From Candidatus Omnitrophota bacterium (lineage in GTDB: Bacteria > Omnitrophota > Gorgyraeia > 2-01-FULL-45-10): a stretch of DNA of 64,000 nucleotides. Position 1 is the first letter of the stretch. Every line of letters starts with the position of its first letter. Where the stretch lies: contig JAGVGJ010000003.1 of NCBI GenBank assembly GCA_020057115.1, positions 13,379 to 77,378 on the forward strand, in the 5' to 3' direction. The translations under genes were made by a program, and so were the position numbers. Positions 8,818 through 17,569 of this stretch are shown piece after piece. The notes under the pieces are model-generated. The model was not told the origin of the DNA, made no database searches, and worked only from the letters and a program-made list of their open reading frames with translations.

Positions 8818-11625
8818 TTATTTCTTCTTCGCTTCTATAACTGCCTGCGCAGCCGCGAGGCGCGCTATAGGCACGCGGAACGGCGAGCAGCTTACGTAAT
8901 TCATGCCGACCTTATGGCAGAACTTGACGCTCTCCGGCTCTCCGCCATGCTCTCCGCAGATGCCGACCTTCAGGTCCTTCCTGGTCTTGCGACCGCGTTC
9001 TATGCCGATCTTTATCAGCTCGCCTATGCCGTCTTGATCGATAGTTTGGAATGGATCCGCCGGGAGTATTTTGTTATTGATATAATCCGGCAGGAAACTT
9101 CCGATATCATCGCGGCTGAACCCGAAGCCCATTTGCGTCAGGTCATTGGTACCGAACGAGAAGAACTCCGCAGTCTCGGCCATCTTACCGGCCTGGAGCG
9201 CGGCACGCGGTATCTCGATCATTGTGCCGTACATGAAAGGCATGCTCTTAAGCCCGAACTTCGTGCATACCTCTTTATATACTTTATCTACTATCACCTT
9301 CTGGTTGTCGAGCTCTGCCTTCGCGACCGTGACCGGGATCATGATCTCGGCGATCGCCTTCTTGCCTGCCTTATTCAGCTCGGCGGCGGCTTCTAGGATC
9401 GCTCGAACCTGCATCTCGGTTATCTCAGGATAAGTTATCCCGAGCCTTACTCCGCGGTGGCCTAGCATCGGATTATTCTCCTTCAATGCCTCGGCGCGCT
9501 TGTGCAGCTCGCTCATGTCGACTCCGAGGTCTTTTGCAAGCGCCTGGAGTTTCTCCTCGCTGTGCGGGACGAACTCGTGGAGCGGCGGATCAAGGAGCCT
9601 GATAGTGACAGGATATCCCTTCATCGCTTCGAGAGTAGCCTTGACATCGCTCTTCACATACGGGAAGAGCTCGCTCAGCGCCTCTTTTCTCTCTGCGAGG
9701 GTCTTTGACATGATCATCTTCCTGAGGAGGAACAGCGGCTTGTCGCTGCCCTCGCCGTAGAACATGTGCTCTGTCCTGAAGAGACCGATACCCTCGGCGC
9801 CGAACGCGATAGCCTGCGCGGCGTCCTTTGGAGTATCCGCATTGGTGCGGACCTTGAGCGTCCTATACTTATCGACGAGCTTCATCAGCTCTTTATATGA
9901 TTTATTATTCTCGATATCGCAATCGACGAGCGGCATCTTGCCTGTATACACAAAGCCGCTGGTGCCGTTCAAGCTGATCCAGTCGCCTTCTTTTACAACA
10001 GCGCCGGACTTGGTCTTGAAGGATTTATCATCATCGGCTATGTCGAGCTCCGAACAGCCGACTATACAGCACTTGCCCCAGCCGCGGGCTACGAGAGCCG
10101 CGTGGGAGGTCATGCCTCCCTTGGCAGTCAGGATCGCCTGCGCCTTGTGCATGCCGTCGACATCTTCGGGAGAGGTCTCTTCACGCACGAGGATCACCTT
10201 CTCGCCGCGCGAAGCCCATGCCACAGCGTCGTTGGACGTAAATACCGCGCGTCCGATGGCGCCGCCCGGGCCGGCCGGCAGGCCTTTTGCTATGGCCTTA
10301 GTGGAACCCTCGGCCTTAGGATCGAGCATCGGGAGAAGAAGCTCGACCAGCTGGTTAGGAGCGACTCTCTTTATTGCTGTCTCTGCATCGATGAACTTGT
10401 CCTTATACATGTCCATTGCCATCCTGACTGCGGCTGTGCCGTTACGCTTTCCAACGCGACACTGGAGCATGAATAGCTTGTCATTCTCGATCGTGAACTC
10501 AATATCCTGCATATCCTTATAGTGGTTCTCAAGCCTTGTCTTTATATCATCGAGCTCCTTATAGAGCTTCGGCATGAGCTTCTCAAGTGAAGTCATGGAC
10601 TTTGACTGGTCGTTCTTCGAGCAGTCGTTTATCGGAGCAGGCGTGCGGATACCTGCGACGACGTCTTCACCCTGCGCATTCACGAGATACTCGCCGTAGA
10701 ACTTGTTTTCGCCGTTACCGGGGTTGCGGCTGAATGCCACGCCCGTGGCGCAATCATCGCCCATGTTGCCGAATACCATCGACTGGACATTGACGGCCGT
10801 GCCCCACTCATCCGGTATGCGCTCTATCCTACGGTACTCTATGGCGCGCTTGCCGTTCCATGATGAGAATACGGCGCCGATACCGCCCCAGAGCTGCTCT
10901 TCGGCGGTTTCCGGGAACGGCTTTCCGAGGACGTCCTTGACCGTCTTTTTGAACTCGGCTACGAGGGCCTTCAGGTCCTCGGCAGTGAGATCTGTGTCTG
11001 ACTTATAACCTTTTGAGTGTTTCACCTTCTCGAGCTTCTCGTCTAGGACTTTGCGGATACCCTTGCCGCCCTTAGGTTCAACACCGGCCGCCTTTTCCAT
11101 GACGACGTCGGAATACATCATTATGAGCCTGCGGTATGCATCGTACGCAAAGCGCTCGTTGCCGCCGGTCTGCTTTATGAGGCCAGCGATCGTCTTATCC
11201 GTAAGGCCGACATTCAGAACGGTCTCCATCATGCCGGGCATCGAGCTACGCGCGCCTGAACGGACGGATACGAGAAGCGGGTTGTTGACATCGCCGAACT
11301 TTTTACCCATGATCTTCTCTACGCCCGCCATCGCCGTTTCAACCTGGCCCTGGAGCTCTTTAGGATACTTCTTGCCGTTATCGTAATAATATGTGCAGAC
11401 CTCGGTCGTGACCGTGAAGCCCGGAGGTACCGGAAGCCTCAGTTTGGGGTGACCGGCCATGGCCGCGAGGTTCGCGCCCTTGCCGCCCAACAGGTTCTTC
11501 ATCGTCTCATCCCCGTCGGCCTTCCCGCCGCCGAAGAAATAAACATACTTGGTGCCCTTCGATACCGTTTTCCCGCCTGTCTTCCCGCTCATCGTTGCTT
11601 GAACTCCTTCCATTTTTACTGCCAC
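8818..11625 (-). CDS. ppdK: pyruvate, phosphate dikinase
   Basis: Full-length PPDK motifs (GGMTSHAA(L/V)VARG, TNDLTQ, GICGEHGG); start may be the internal MSGKTGG. Confidence 0.95.
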   Translation of the reverse strand: MAVKMEGVQATMSGKTGGKTVSKGTKYVYFFGGGKADGDETMKNLLGGKGANLAAMAGHPKLRLPVPPGFTVTTEVCTYYYDNGKKYPKELQGQVETAMAGVEKIMGKKFGDVNNPLLVSVRSGARSSMPGMMETVLNVGLTDKTIAGLIKQTGGNERFAYDAYRRLIMMYSDVVMEKAAGVEPKGGKGIRKVLDEKLEKVKHSKGYKSDTDLTAEDLKALVAEFKKTVKDVLGKPFPETAEEQLWGGIGAVFSSWNGKRAIEYRRIERIPDEWGTAVNVQSMVFGNMGDDCATGVAFSRNPGNGENKFYGEYLVNAQGEDVVAGIRTPAPINDCSKNDQSKSMTSLEKLMPKLYKELDDIKTRLENHYKDMQDIEFTIENDKLFMLQCRVGKRNGTAAVRMAMDMYKDKFIDAETAIKRVAPNQLVELLLPMLDPKAEGSTKAIAKGLPAGPGGAIGRAVFTSNDAVAWASRGEKVILVREETSPEDVDGMHKAQAILTAKGGMTSHAALVARGWGKCCIVGCSELDIADDDKSFKTKSGAVVKEGDWISLNGTSGFVYTGKMPLVDCDIENNKSYKELMKLVDKYRTLKVRTNADTPKDAAQAIAFGAEGIGLFRTEHMFYGEGSDKPLFLLRKMIMSKTLAERKEALSELFPYVKSDVKATLEAMKGYPVTIRLLDPPLHEFVPHSEEKLQALAKDLGVDMSELHKRAEALKENNPMLGHRGVRLGITYPEITEMQVRAILEAAAELNKAGKKAIAEIMIPVTVAKAELDNQKVIVDKVYKEVCTKFGLKSMPFMYGTMIEIPRAALQAGKMAETAEFFSFGTNDLTQMGFGFSRDDIGSFLPDYINNKILPADPFQTIDQDGIGELIKIGIERGRKTRKDLKVGICGEHGGEPESVKFCHKVGMNYVSCSPFRVPIARLAAAQAVIEAKKK

Positions 11626-11655
11626 TCCTTTCGATTGACACTCGAAAACCGATTT

Positions 11656-11692
11656 AGGGTCCAGGGGCCAGGGTCCTGGGTCCTTGACCCTG
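11656..11692. repeat. heptamer repeat family copy (partial)
   Basis: agggtccaggggccagggtcctgggtccttgaccctg. Confidence 0.6.
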
Positions 11693-11709
11693 CTTCAATT
11701 TCAAGTAGT

Positions 11710-13023
11710 TTACGCAAGCTTCTCGATTAAATACTCTTTGATGTTGGCGATGTCGATCCTGTCCTGCAGCATCGTATCCCTGTCGCGGACCGTGACCTTC
11801 TTGTCCGCGAGACTGTCCACGTCGACAGTCACGCAATACGGCGTGCCCACCTCATCCTGGCGCCTGTAAAGCCGCCCGATCGAGGCAGTATCATCGTACA
11901 TCACCTTCATCTCTTTCCTTAAGCCATTGGTTATATTCTTCGCAAGCTCGACTATCTCGGGCCTGTTCCTCAAAAGCGGCAGCACCGCCACTTTTAAAGG
12001 GGCAAGCCTCTTGTGGAATGCGAGACTCACGCGTTTTTCGCCTTTGACCTCCTCTTCTCTGTACGCATCCGCCAGGAACGCAAGGATCGACCTGTCTATC
12101 CCGCCCGACGGTTCAATTACATAAGGTATATACCGTTCTTTGGTGACCTCGTCAAAAAATACAAGGTCTTTGCCCGAGAGCTGCATGTGTTGTTTCAAGT
12201 CAAAGTCGGTCCTGTTGGCGATACCCTCAAGCTCCGACCATCCGAACGGGAAATTGTATTCTATGTCCGTACACGCCTTGGCATAATGGGCGAGTTCGGT
12301 CTTCTCGTGCTCCCTCTTCCTTAAATTCTCTTTTCTGATGCCGTATTTTATATACCAGCCGTAACGCTCCTCCACCCATTTGCGGTACCAATCCTCATCC
12401 GTGCCGGGCTTTACAAAGAACTCTATCTCCATCTGTTCGAACTCGCGGGAGCGGAATGTAAAGCTTTTTGTGGTGACTTCATTGCGGAATGATTTTCCCA
12501 TCTGAGCTACGCCGAACGGGACTTTACGGCGCATGGAATTCACTACATTCTGGAAATTGACGAATATGCCCTGGGCCGTCTCCGGCCTCATATAGGTGAG
12601 GCTTGTGGCATCTTCGATAGGTCCGAGGTGGGTCTTGAGCATCATGTTGAATTGCCTCGGCTCGGTGAGCTCGCCGCCGCACTCCGGGCATTTTTTGCCG
12701 GTGATATTCTCGACCTTGAAGCGCTTCTTGCAGCCCTTACAATCGACAAGCGTGTCTTCGAAATTTGATACGTGCCCTGACGCCATCCAGGTCATCGGGT
12801 GCATAAGTATAGCCGCGTCAAGGCCGTCTATATCATCGCGCTCATATACATTTGAGCGCCACCACACCTCTTTTAAGTTGCGTTTAAGCTCAGCGCCCAG
12901 CGGGCCATAGTCCCATGTAGCGGCCAGGCCTCCGTATATCTCGCTTGATTGGAATACAAAACCGCGCCTCTTGCAAAGCGATACTATCTTCTCCATCACA
13001 TCTTGCGTTTGGGCCTGCTGCAT
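11710..13023 (-). CDS. glyQS: glycine--tRNA ligase, class II alpha2 type
   Basis: EIYGGLAATWDYGPLG N-terminus, class II motifs, 437 aa. Confidence 0.9.
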   Translation of the reverse strand: MQQAQTQDVMEKIVSLCKRRGFVFQSSEIYGGLAATWDYGPLGAELKRNLKEVWWRSNVYERDDIDGLDAAILMHPMTWMASGHVSNFEDTLVDCKGCKKRFKVENITGKKCPECGGELTEPRQFNMMLKTHLGPIEDATSLTYMRPETAQGIFVNFQNVVNSMRRKVPFGVAQMGKSFRNEVTTKSFTFRSREFEQMEIEFFVKPGTDEDWYRKWVEERYGWYIKYGIRKENLRKREHEKTELAHYAKACTDIEYNFPFGWSELEGIANRTDFDLKQHMQLSGKDLVFFDEVTKERYIPYVIEPSGGIDRSILAFLADAYREEEVKGEKRVSLAFHKRLAPLKVAVLPLLRNRPEIVELAKNITNGLRKEMKVMYDDTASIGRLYRRQDEVGTPYCVTVDVDSLADKKVTVRDRDTMLQDRIDIANIKEYLIEKLA

Positions 13024-13636
13024 ATTGTTATCTTTGCCTTATAACTAATGTAATTACAAATAGGGGTGGGAAAAACTTGGATATCTTAACATGCGCCTCT
13101 TATAAAATCAAGAGAAAACGATGAGATGATAATTTTTTCGGCCGCTGGCTTCTCTCCCCTCTCGGGGTGGTAAGGGTGTCTTCCAGCGAACGTTCACTTT
13201 CCAGAGGAAAGTTCACTCGGAAGGCCGCAATCTTCGTTGAAAGATTGCGGCCTTCGACGTCGCTTCCAGACACCCTTACCACCCCTCGGGGGCCCCTTCG
13301 AGTGGGCCAAAAAATATGGGGAGTGGAAACTGGTTCACTATCTCGAGTAAAACTGAGGCATGATTGGAAAAAATGAAGGAAGAATTTTCCTCATGGAGTA
13401 GGCGCGGCCCGCTGGGGTGGGTCTTGAAGCGGCCTTGAAAAATTTTGATACCTTATGCCAATTTAGCAAGGCCGGACAAACCTGTCAATTGCTTTACTTA
13501 TAGTCCGGGTTGGCCGGCCATCAAAATTTTTCGGAGTGAGCGAAGATGGCTAATCTGAGCGAACGTCCGCGTAAAGACCCACCCCAAAAGGGCCGATAGC
13601 CTTCATGGGAAGGAAAATTCTGACTGGGGGAAATTT
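13024..13636 (-). promoter_or_regulatory. about 600-bp ORF-free structured region (glyQS leader / downstream of rSAM) with nested long inverted repeats
   Basis: 17-bp perfect inverted repeat ggggtggtaagggtgtc/gacacccttaccacccc (13165-13181 vs 13272-13288) enclosing a 15-bp hairpin; 12-bp pair ggggtgggtctt/aagacccacccc (13404-13415 vs 13577-13588); further CCCACCCC near the glyQS RBS. Confidence 0.5.
13460..13488 (-). promoter_or_regulatory. sigma-70 promoter TTGACA-17-TAAATT inside the structured region, directed toward glyQS
   Basis: Minus strand TTGACAggtttgtccggccttgcTAAATT. Confidence 0.4.
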
Positions 13637-14701
13637 TCAGTGCAAAATTGACCTGATGTTCGGGGTGAATTTTGTCTTGGCTTCGCAGCCGCCTGTCTCA
13701 GAATAACAAAAAGACGGGTAACCGGTAAGCGCCGACTTTCTCAGCTCGATATAACGTTTTGAATTCCATATCTTGCCGATAGGCTCATTCATGATATTGC
13801 CCATGCCCGAATCGCATTTATAATTTGCCAGATAACAGCAAGGGACCACATCGCCATCTGAACGTATCATCATATGTTTCCATGGGCGCGGGCATCTCCA
13901 CGCTGAACCGGGAAGAGCGGACTTCGACACTTCCTCCTTGGTTTTGCGATATCCGTACATCGTACATACGATCCCTTTATATTTTGCATAAGCAACCGCC
14001 ATCTCCATAGCCGGAGTAGCCAGATCATCGGACACCTCAAGCTCAGGACAATTGTGCACACGCTGGAAAGCGAGTGAACCAAATTCATGCTCAACGGCGA
14101 AGTCCACCATTCCGTTCAACCTGTCGATATTCAGCTTATTAACGAGGCAGTGGCATTCTTTGGATAAAGCGCTCTTCAGTCCGATCCGCTTGTCATTCAA
14201 CGCCCTAAGACTGCTCACCAATCGCTTCCAGGACCCGCCCCTCCTTATCCGCTCATAAATATCGGGGTCGCTGCTGTCTATAGAAAATATCAGGTTGACG
14301 TTCGGAGACTTGCATAAGAGCGCTGCTATCTTATCGTCGTCAAGCAATAATCCATTGGTCGTTATTTGAACCTTGAGATCTTTGAACCTTGCGCACTTTT
14401 CAATGAATGGACCGATATCGGCATTCAGCAATGTCTCTCCCCAGCCATTGAGCTCTATCAATTCCAAATAGCCAAGCCACCCGCTCTTGACTATTTTATC
14501 GAATAGGCCGGGAACAGCGCGCCTTCCCCATTCAATATTCTCTTTTTCGCTGCGGCACATCACGCAGTGGAGGTTGCATAAAGTGCCCGGCTCGATCTGC
14601 AGCCATGTCGGCACGCTCTTTAACGCCAGTTTGCCTTCAATAAATTCTGAATGATTAAGCCTTTTATTCCTAAGGAACATGCGTCTTTCCAGGCCGAACA
14701 T
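13637..14701 (-). CDS. radical SAM protein with C-terminal SPASM domain (peptide/protein-modifying maturase family)
   Basis: CNLHCVMC (Cx3Cx2C), GWGETLL, and C-terminal Cys-rich SPASM segment (CPRPW...CCYLANYKCDSG...C). Confidence 0.8.
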   Translation of the reverse strand: MFGLERRMFLRNKRLNHSEFIEGKLALKSVPTWLQIEPGTLCNLHCVMCRSEKENIEWGRRAVPGLFDKIVKSGWLGYLELIELNGWGETLLNADIGPFIEKCARFKDLKVQITTNGLLLDDDKIAALLCKSPNVNLIFSIDSSDPDIYERIRRGGSWKRLVSSLRALNDKRIGLKSALSKECHCLVNKLNIDRLNGMVDFAVEHEFGSLAFQRVHNCPELEVSDDLATPAMEMAVAYAKYKGIVCTMYGYRKTKEEVSKSALPGSAWRCPRPWKHMMIRSDGDVVPCCYLANYKCDSGMGNIMNEPIGKIWNSKRYIELRKSALTGYPSFCYSETGGCEAKTKFTPNIRSILH

Positions 14702-14705
14702 AATA

Positions 14706-15512
14706 TCACTGCCTCTCCAGATCCTTCATGAATTCCACCGTCCTGAGACGGCGCTCTATGTGATAATCGAGAAACCTGCGCAGGACCTGTTCGAGCTCCC
14801 TGCCCACGTCCTGCGAGACCTTGACGCGGTCGATCTTGTCGAACGGCGAGTTCTGGATATACTCGATGAACTTTACCGTACCGGGTAACATCGGCCGCGC
14901 CGATTTATCCGCCCCAAGGCAGGTCTTGCACAATAGACCGCCGTTGCGAAGGCTAAAACGCGCCGCACCGTCTAGCGCCCCGCCGCAGCTGGCGCACTCG
15001 GTCATGGCCGGCATGAGCCCTATCAGGCTTAAAAGCTTTATTTCGAATATCCTGGCGACGCGCTTCGCGCTCGCGTCGGTACATAATAATTTGAGGCTGT
15101 TCACCGTAAGATCATATGCCTCTGGGTTCGCGTCGCCGAGCGTCGTCACGGAGTCGAGGAGCTCTATCATGTAAGTGGCGTGGGCTAGCCTGTCAAGGGA
15201 TTCTCTGGCTGGGCTGAAGAACTCGGCAAGGTCGCACTGCGACACCGTGAAGATATCGCCCTTCTTCCTGTCGTAGAATACTATATCGTCGCGGCTGAAT
15301 ATCTCAAGCGCCGCGCCGCCCTGTGAGCCGCGCGAGCCGCGTACGCCCCTCAAGATGCCTTTTATCTTGCCGAAATCCCTGGTGTAGAAAGTGACTATGA
15401 GGCTCGTCTCTCTGAGTTCCTGCTTCCTTAAAATGAGAGCCTCTGATTTTTGGATGGTCAATTTCAGCCTATTTTGATTAACGAAGTAATTGGAATATGA
15501 GGGTCGTGACAA
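14706..15512 (-). CDS. recO: DNA repair protein RecO
   Basis: OB-fold N-terminus and CASCGG...CKTC zinc motif. Confidence 0.85.
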   Translation of the reverse strand: MSRPSYSNYFVNQNRLKLTIQKSEALILRKQELRETSLIVTFYTRDFGKIKGILRGVRGSRGSQGGAALEIFSRDDIVFYDRKKGDIFTVSQCDLAEFFSPARESLDRLAHATYMIELLDSVTTLGDANPEAYDLTVNSLKLLCTDASAKRVARIFEIKLLSLIGLMPAMTECASCGGALDGAARFSLRNGGLLCKTCLGADKSARPMLPGTVKFIEYIQNSPFDKIDRVKVSQDVGRELEQVLRRFLDYHIERRLRTVEFMKDLERQ

Positions 15513-16176
15513 GAATTCCCAGGAGGGCGCCTACAATGACCTCCCATATGGTATGGATAGAGTCCTTTATCCTATGCCTGGCTATGAGAAACGCGAGCAG
15601 GAATACGAGCATGACGACACCGAAATTATTTGTCATGAATGTTATTATCGTCCATACCGAGAATGCGACGGCCGCGTGCCCTGAAGGCATCCCGCCGCGA
15701 AGCGGCGTGCCCCTGTGAAAGAAAGCCTTGCCAACGATAGTGAACGCAAGCACCAGTATCAGCGATATGAATGTCATATGCCACGAGGATTGCCGCAGGC
15801 GCGCTATGCCGTCTTCCATGTTGAACGGCACCCTCTTCGAGAAGAGGACATATCCGACTATGACTGCATTTATCGCGGTAAGGAGGACCGCTCCCGCCGC
15901 GACATCCTTGACTATGCGCGCTATAGGATGGAACTCGCTCTTCACCATATCCACCACGAGCTCAAGGGCCGTATTTACCATCTCGGACAAAAGGACGATC
16001 GCTATGGTCACGAAGAGTATCATGAGCTCCGTAGCTGAAAGGTTCAGGTATATCCCCAGGAGTATTATGAACAGGCCTATGAAGAAATGGACGCGCATGT
16101 TGCGCTCCGTCTTCATCATGTAGATGAACCCCTCTACCGCCGCATTAAGACTTTCGATAAATCTATTTTCGTGCAT
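15478..16176 (-). CDS. fusion of prokaryotic diacylglycerol kinase (DgkA) and PAP2 phosphatase domains
   Basis: DgkA signature ESLNAAVEGF at N-terminus; PAP2 motifs PSGH and SR..HRIKDSIHT at C-terminus. Confidence 0.6.
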   Translation of the reverse strand: MHENRFIESLNAAVEGFIYMMKTERNMRVHFFIGLFIILLGIYLNLSATELMILFVTIAIVLLSEMVNTALELVVDMVKSEFHPIARIVKDVAAGAVLLTAINAVIVGYVLFSKRVPFNMEDGIARLRQSSWHMTFISLILVLAFTIVGKAFFHRGTPLRGGMPSGHAAVAFSVWTIITFMTNNFGVVMLVFLLAFLIARHRIKDSIHTIWEVIVGALLGILVTTLIFQLLR

Positions 16177-16610
16177 AATCTCTCCAGTACCTTCTCCTGT
16201 TTTCTCGACATCCTCGCGCGGGCATCTTTCGTATAGTCCTCGTATCCGAATAGATGAAGGATGCCGTGTATCACGTAAAGCGCTATCTCTTCTTCCAGGC
16301 GCGTGCCATATATGGCGCAGTTCTTAACGGCCGTATCGGTTGAGATGAATATCTCCCCAAAAAACCCGTCCTCGCCAAACTCGCCGGATGCGATATTGAA
16401 ACTTAAGACATCGGTGGCGCGGTCTTTGCCCCTGTATTTCCTGTTGAGCGGCCTGATGGCTTTATCGCTTAAAAATACCACCTCGAGCGAGCCCATGCCG
16501 CGCCTCTTTATTATGCCGAGGACTTCAAGGACCAGGCGCCTTATAAATCTTTCGTCCAGCCTGAAGGTCTTGTTGCGGTTATCTATCCGTATCTTTGGGA
16601 GCGCTGTCAT
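16134..16610 (-). CDS. ybeY: rRNA maturation RNase YbeY
   Basis: HGILHLFGYEDY metal-binding motif. Confidence 0.85.
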   Translation of the reverse strand: MTALPKIRIDNRNKTFRLDERFIRRLVLEVLGIIKRRGMGSLEVVFLSDKAIRPLNRKYRGKDRATDVLSFNIASGEFGEDGFFGEIFISTDTAVKNCAIYGTRLEEEIALYVIHGILHLFGYEDYTKDARARMSRKQEKVLERLCTKIDLSKVLMRR

Positions 16611-17554
16611 TTCTTCAGTTTGTCGTAGGCCTTTATTATCTCCTGGACGAGCTCATGCCTTACGACATCCTCGCCCTTAAGATAGGTGAACTTTATCCCT
16701 TCGATATTGCCGAGCAAGTCGCGCACGTGAGAAAGGCCCGAAACCTTATGGCTCGGAAGGTCCGACTGGGTTATGTCGCCTGTTATAACGGTCTTGGAAT
16801 CGAATCCGAGGCGCGTCAGGAACATCTTCATCTGCTCGGGCGTAGAATTCTGCGCTTCATCCATTATTATGAATGAATCATTGAGCGTCCTGCCCCTCAT
16901 GTAGGCGAGGGGCACTATCTCTATCACGCCCCTCTCGACGCAATCCTTGATCTTGTCGATCTCCATCATGTCATAGAGCGCGTCATAGAGCGGCCTGACA
17001 TAAGGAGTCACTTTTTCATTGAGATCTCCCGGAAGATACCCGAGGCTCTCTCCGGCCTCCACCGCCGGCCTAGTCAATATGATCCTCGACACAAGTTGTT
17101 TCTTTAAAGCATTGACCGCCATTGCTACGGCCAGATATGTCTTTCCCGTGCCGGCCGGACCTATGCAGAAGACGATGTCATTATGCCTTATGGAATCTAC
17201 GTATTCCTTCTGGCCTGCCGATTTTGGCGTGATATACTGCCGCTTTGAGGATACCTCGATCCGGTCTAAATATATGCTGTGTATGTCGCGCGTCTGGTCC
17301 TTCTTTATCGCCTGGATGGCATAAATGATCTCATGCTTCTTAAGGATCCCGCCGTTACGGAGGGTGATGACGAGTTCTTCGACGAGCCTTGAGGCAAGTT
17401 CGACCCCTTTCGGCTCGCCCTGTATCTTGAGCGCGTCTCCCCTCGTCGCAAGAGTAATGCCGAATTCCGCCTCGATGATCTTAAGGTTCTCATCGTGCGT
17501 GCCGAACAGCGCGCGCGCTTCCGCGGTATCTTTTATTTTGAAGAGCTTTTCCAT
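16607..17554 (-). CDS. phoH: PhoH-family ATPase (YbeZ-like)
   Basis: Walker A GPAGTGKT, Walker B IIMDEAQ. Confidence 0.85.
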   Translation of the reverse strand: MEKLFKIKDTAEARALFGTHDENLKIIEAEFGITLATRGDALKIQGEPKGVELASRLVEELVITLRNGGILKKHEIIYAIQAIKKDQTRDIHSIYLDRIEVSSKRQYITPKSAGQKEYVDSIRHNDIVFCIGPAGTGKTYLAVAMAVNALKKQLVSRIILTRPAVEAGESLGYLPGDLNEKVTPYVRPLYDALYDMMEIDKIKDCVERGVIEIVPLAYMRGRTLNDSFIIMDEAQNSTPEQMKMFLTRLGFDSKTVITGDITQSDLPSHKVSGLSHVRDLLGNIEGIKFTYLKGEDVVRHELVQEIIKAYDKLKK

Positions 17555-17569
17555 TTTCTATGACCTAAA

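Noticed and set aside
11656-11692. Heptamer repeat copies interpreted as Rho-independent terminators
   Set aside because: The A/T-rich part is in the loop, not 3' of the stem. They may pause transcription, but they do not fit the intrinsic terminator rule and are reported as repeats.
13100-13376. Small ORFs MVRVSGSDVEG... (minus) and MVRVSSSERSL... (plus) as possible RiPP precursors for the adjacent rSAM/SPASM enzyme
   Set aside because: They are mirror-image artefacts of the long inverted repeat (both start MVRVS because the DNA is palindromic). They have no RBS and no Cys/Gly-rich core.
13024-13400. T-box riboswitch in the glyQS leader (GGGUGGUA resembles the T-box UGGN bulge; position after recO matches Firmicutes glyQS T-box)
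   Set aside because: No specifier loop with GGC, no conserved Stem I features, the GGGUGG block is itself part of the 17-bp inverted repeat, not an antiterminator 5' strand, and no U-tract follows the putative terminator.
13490-13520. RNase P RNA P4-like motif (UAGUCCGGGUUGGCC)
   Set aside because: Only a short resemblance to AGGAAAGUCCGGGCUCC. The complementary P4 strand and other universally conserved RNase P elements are absent.
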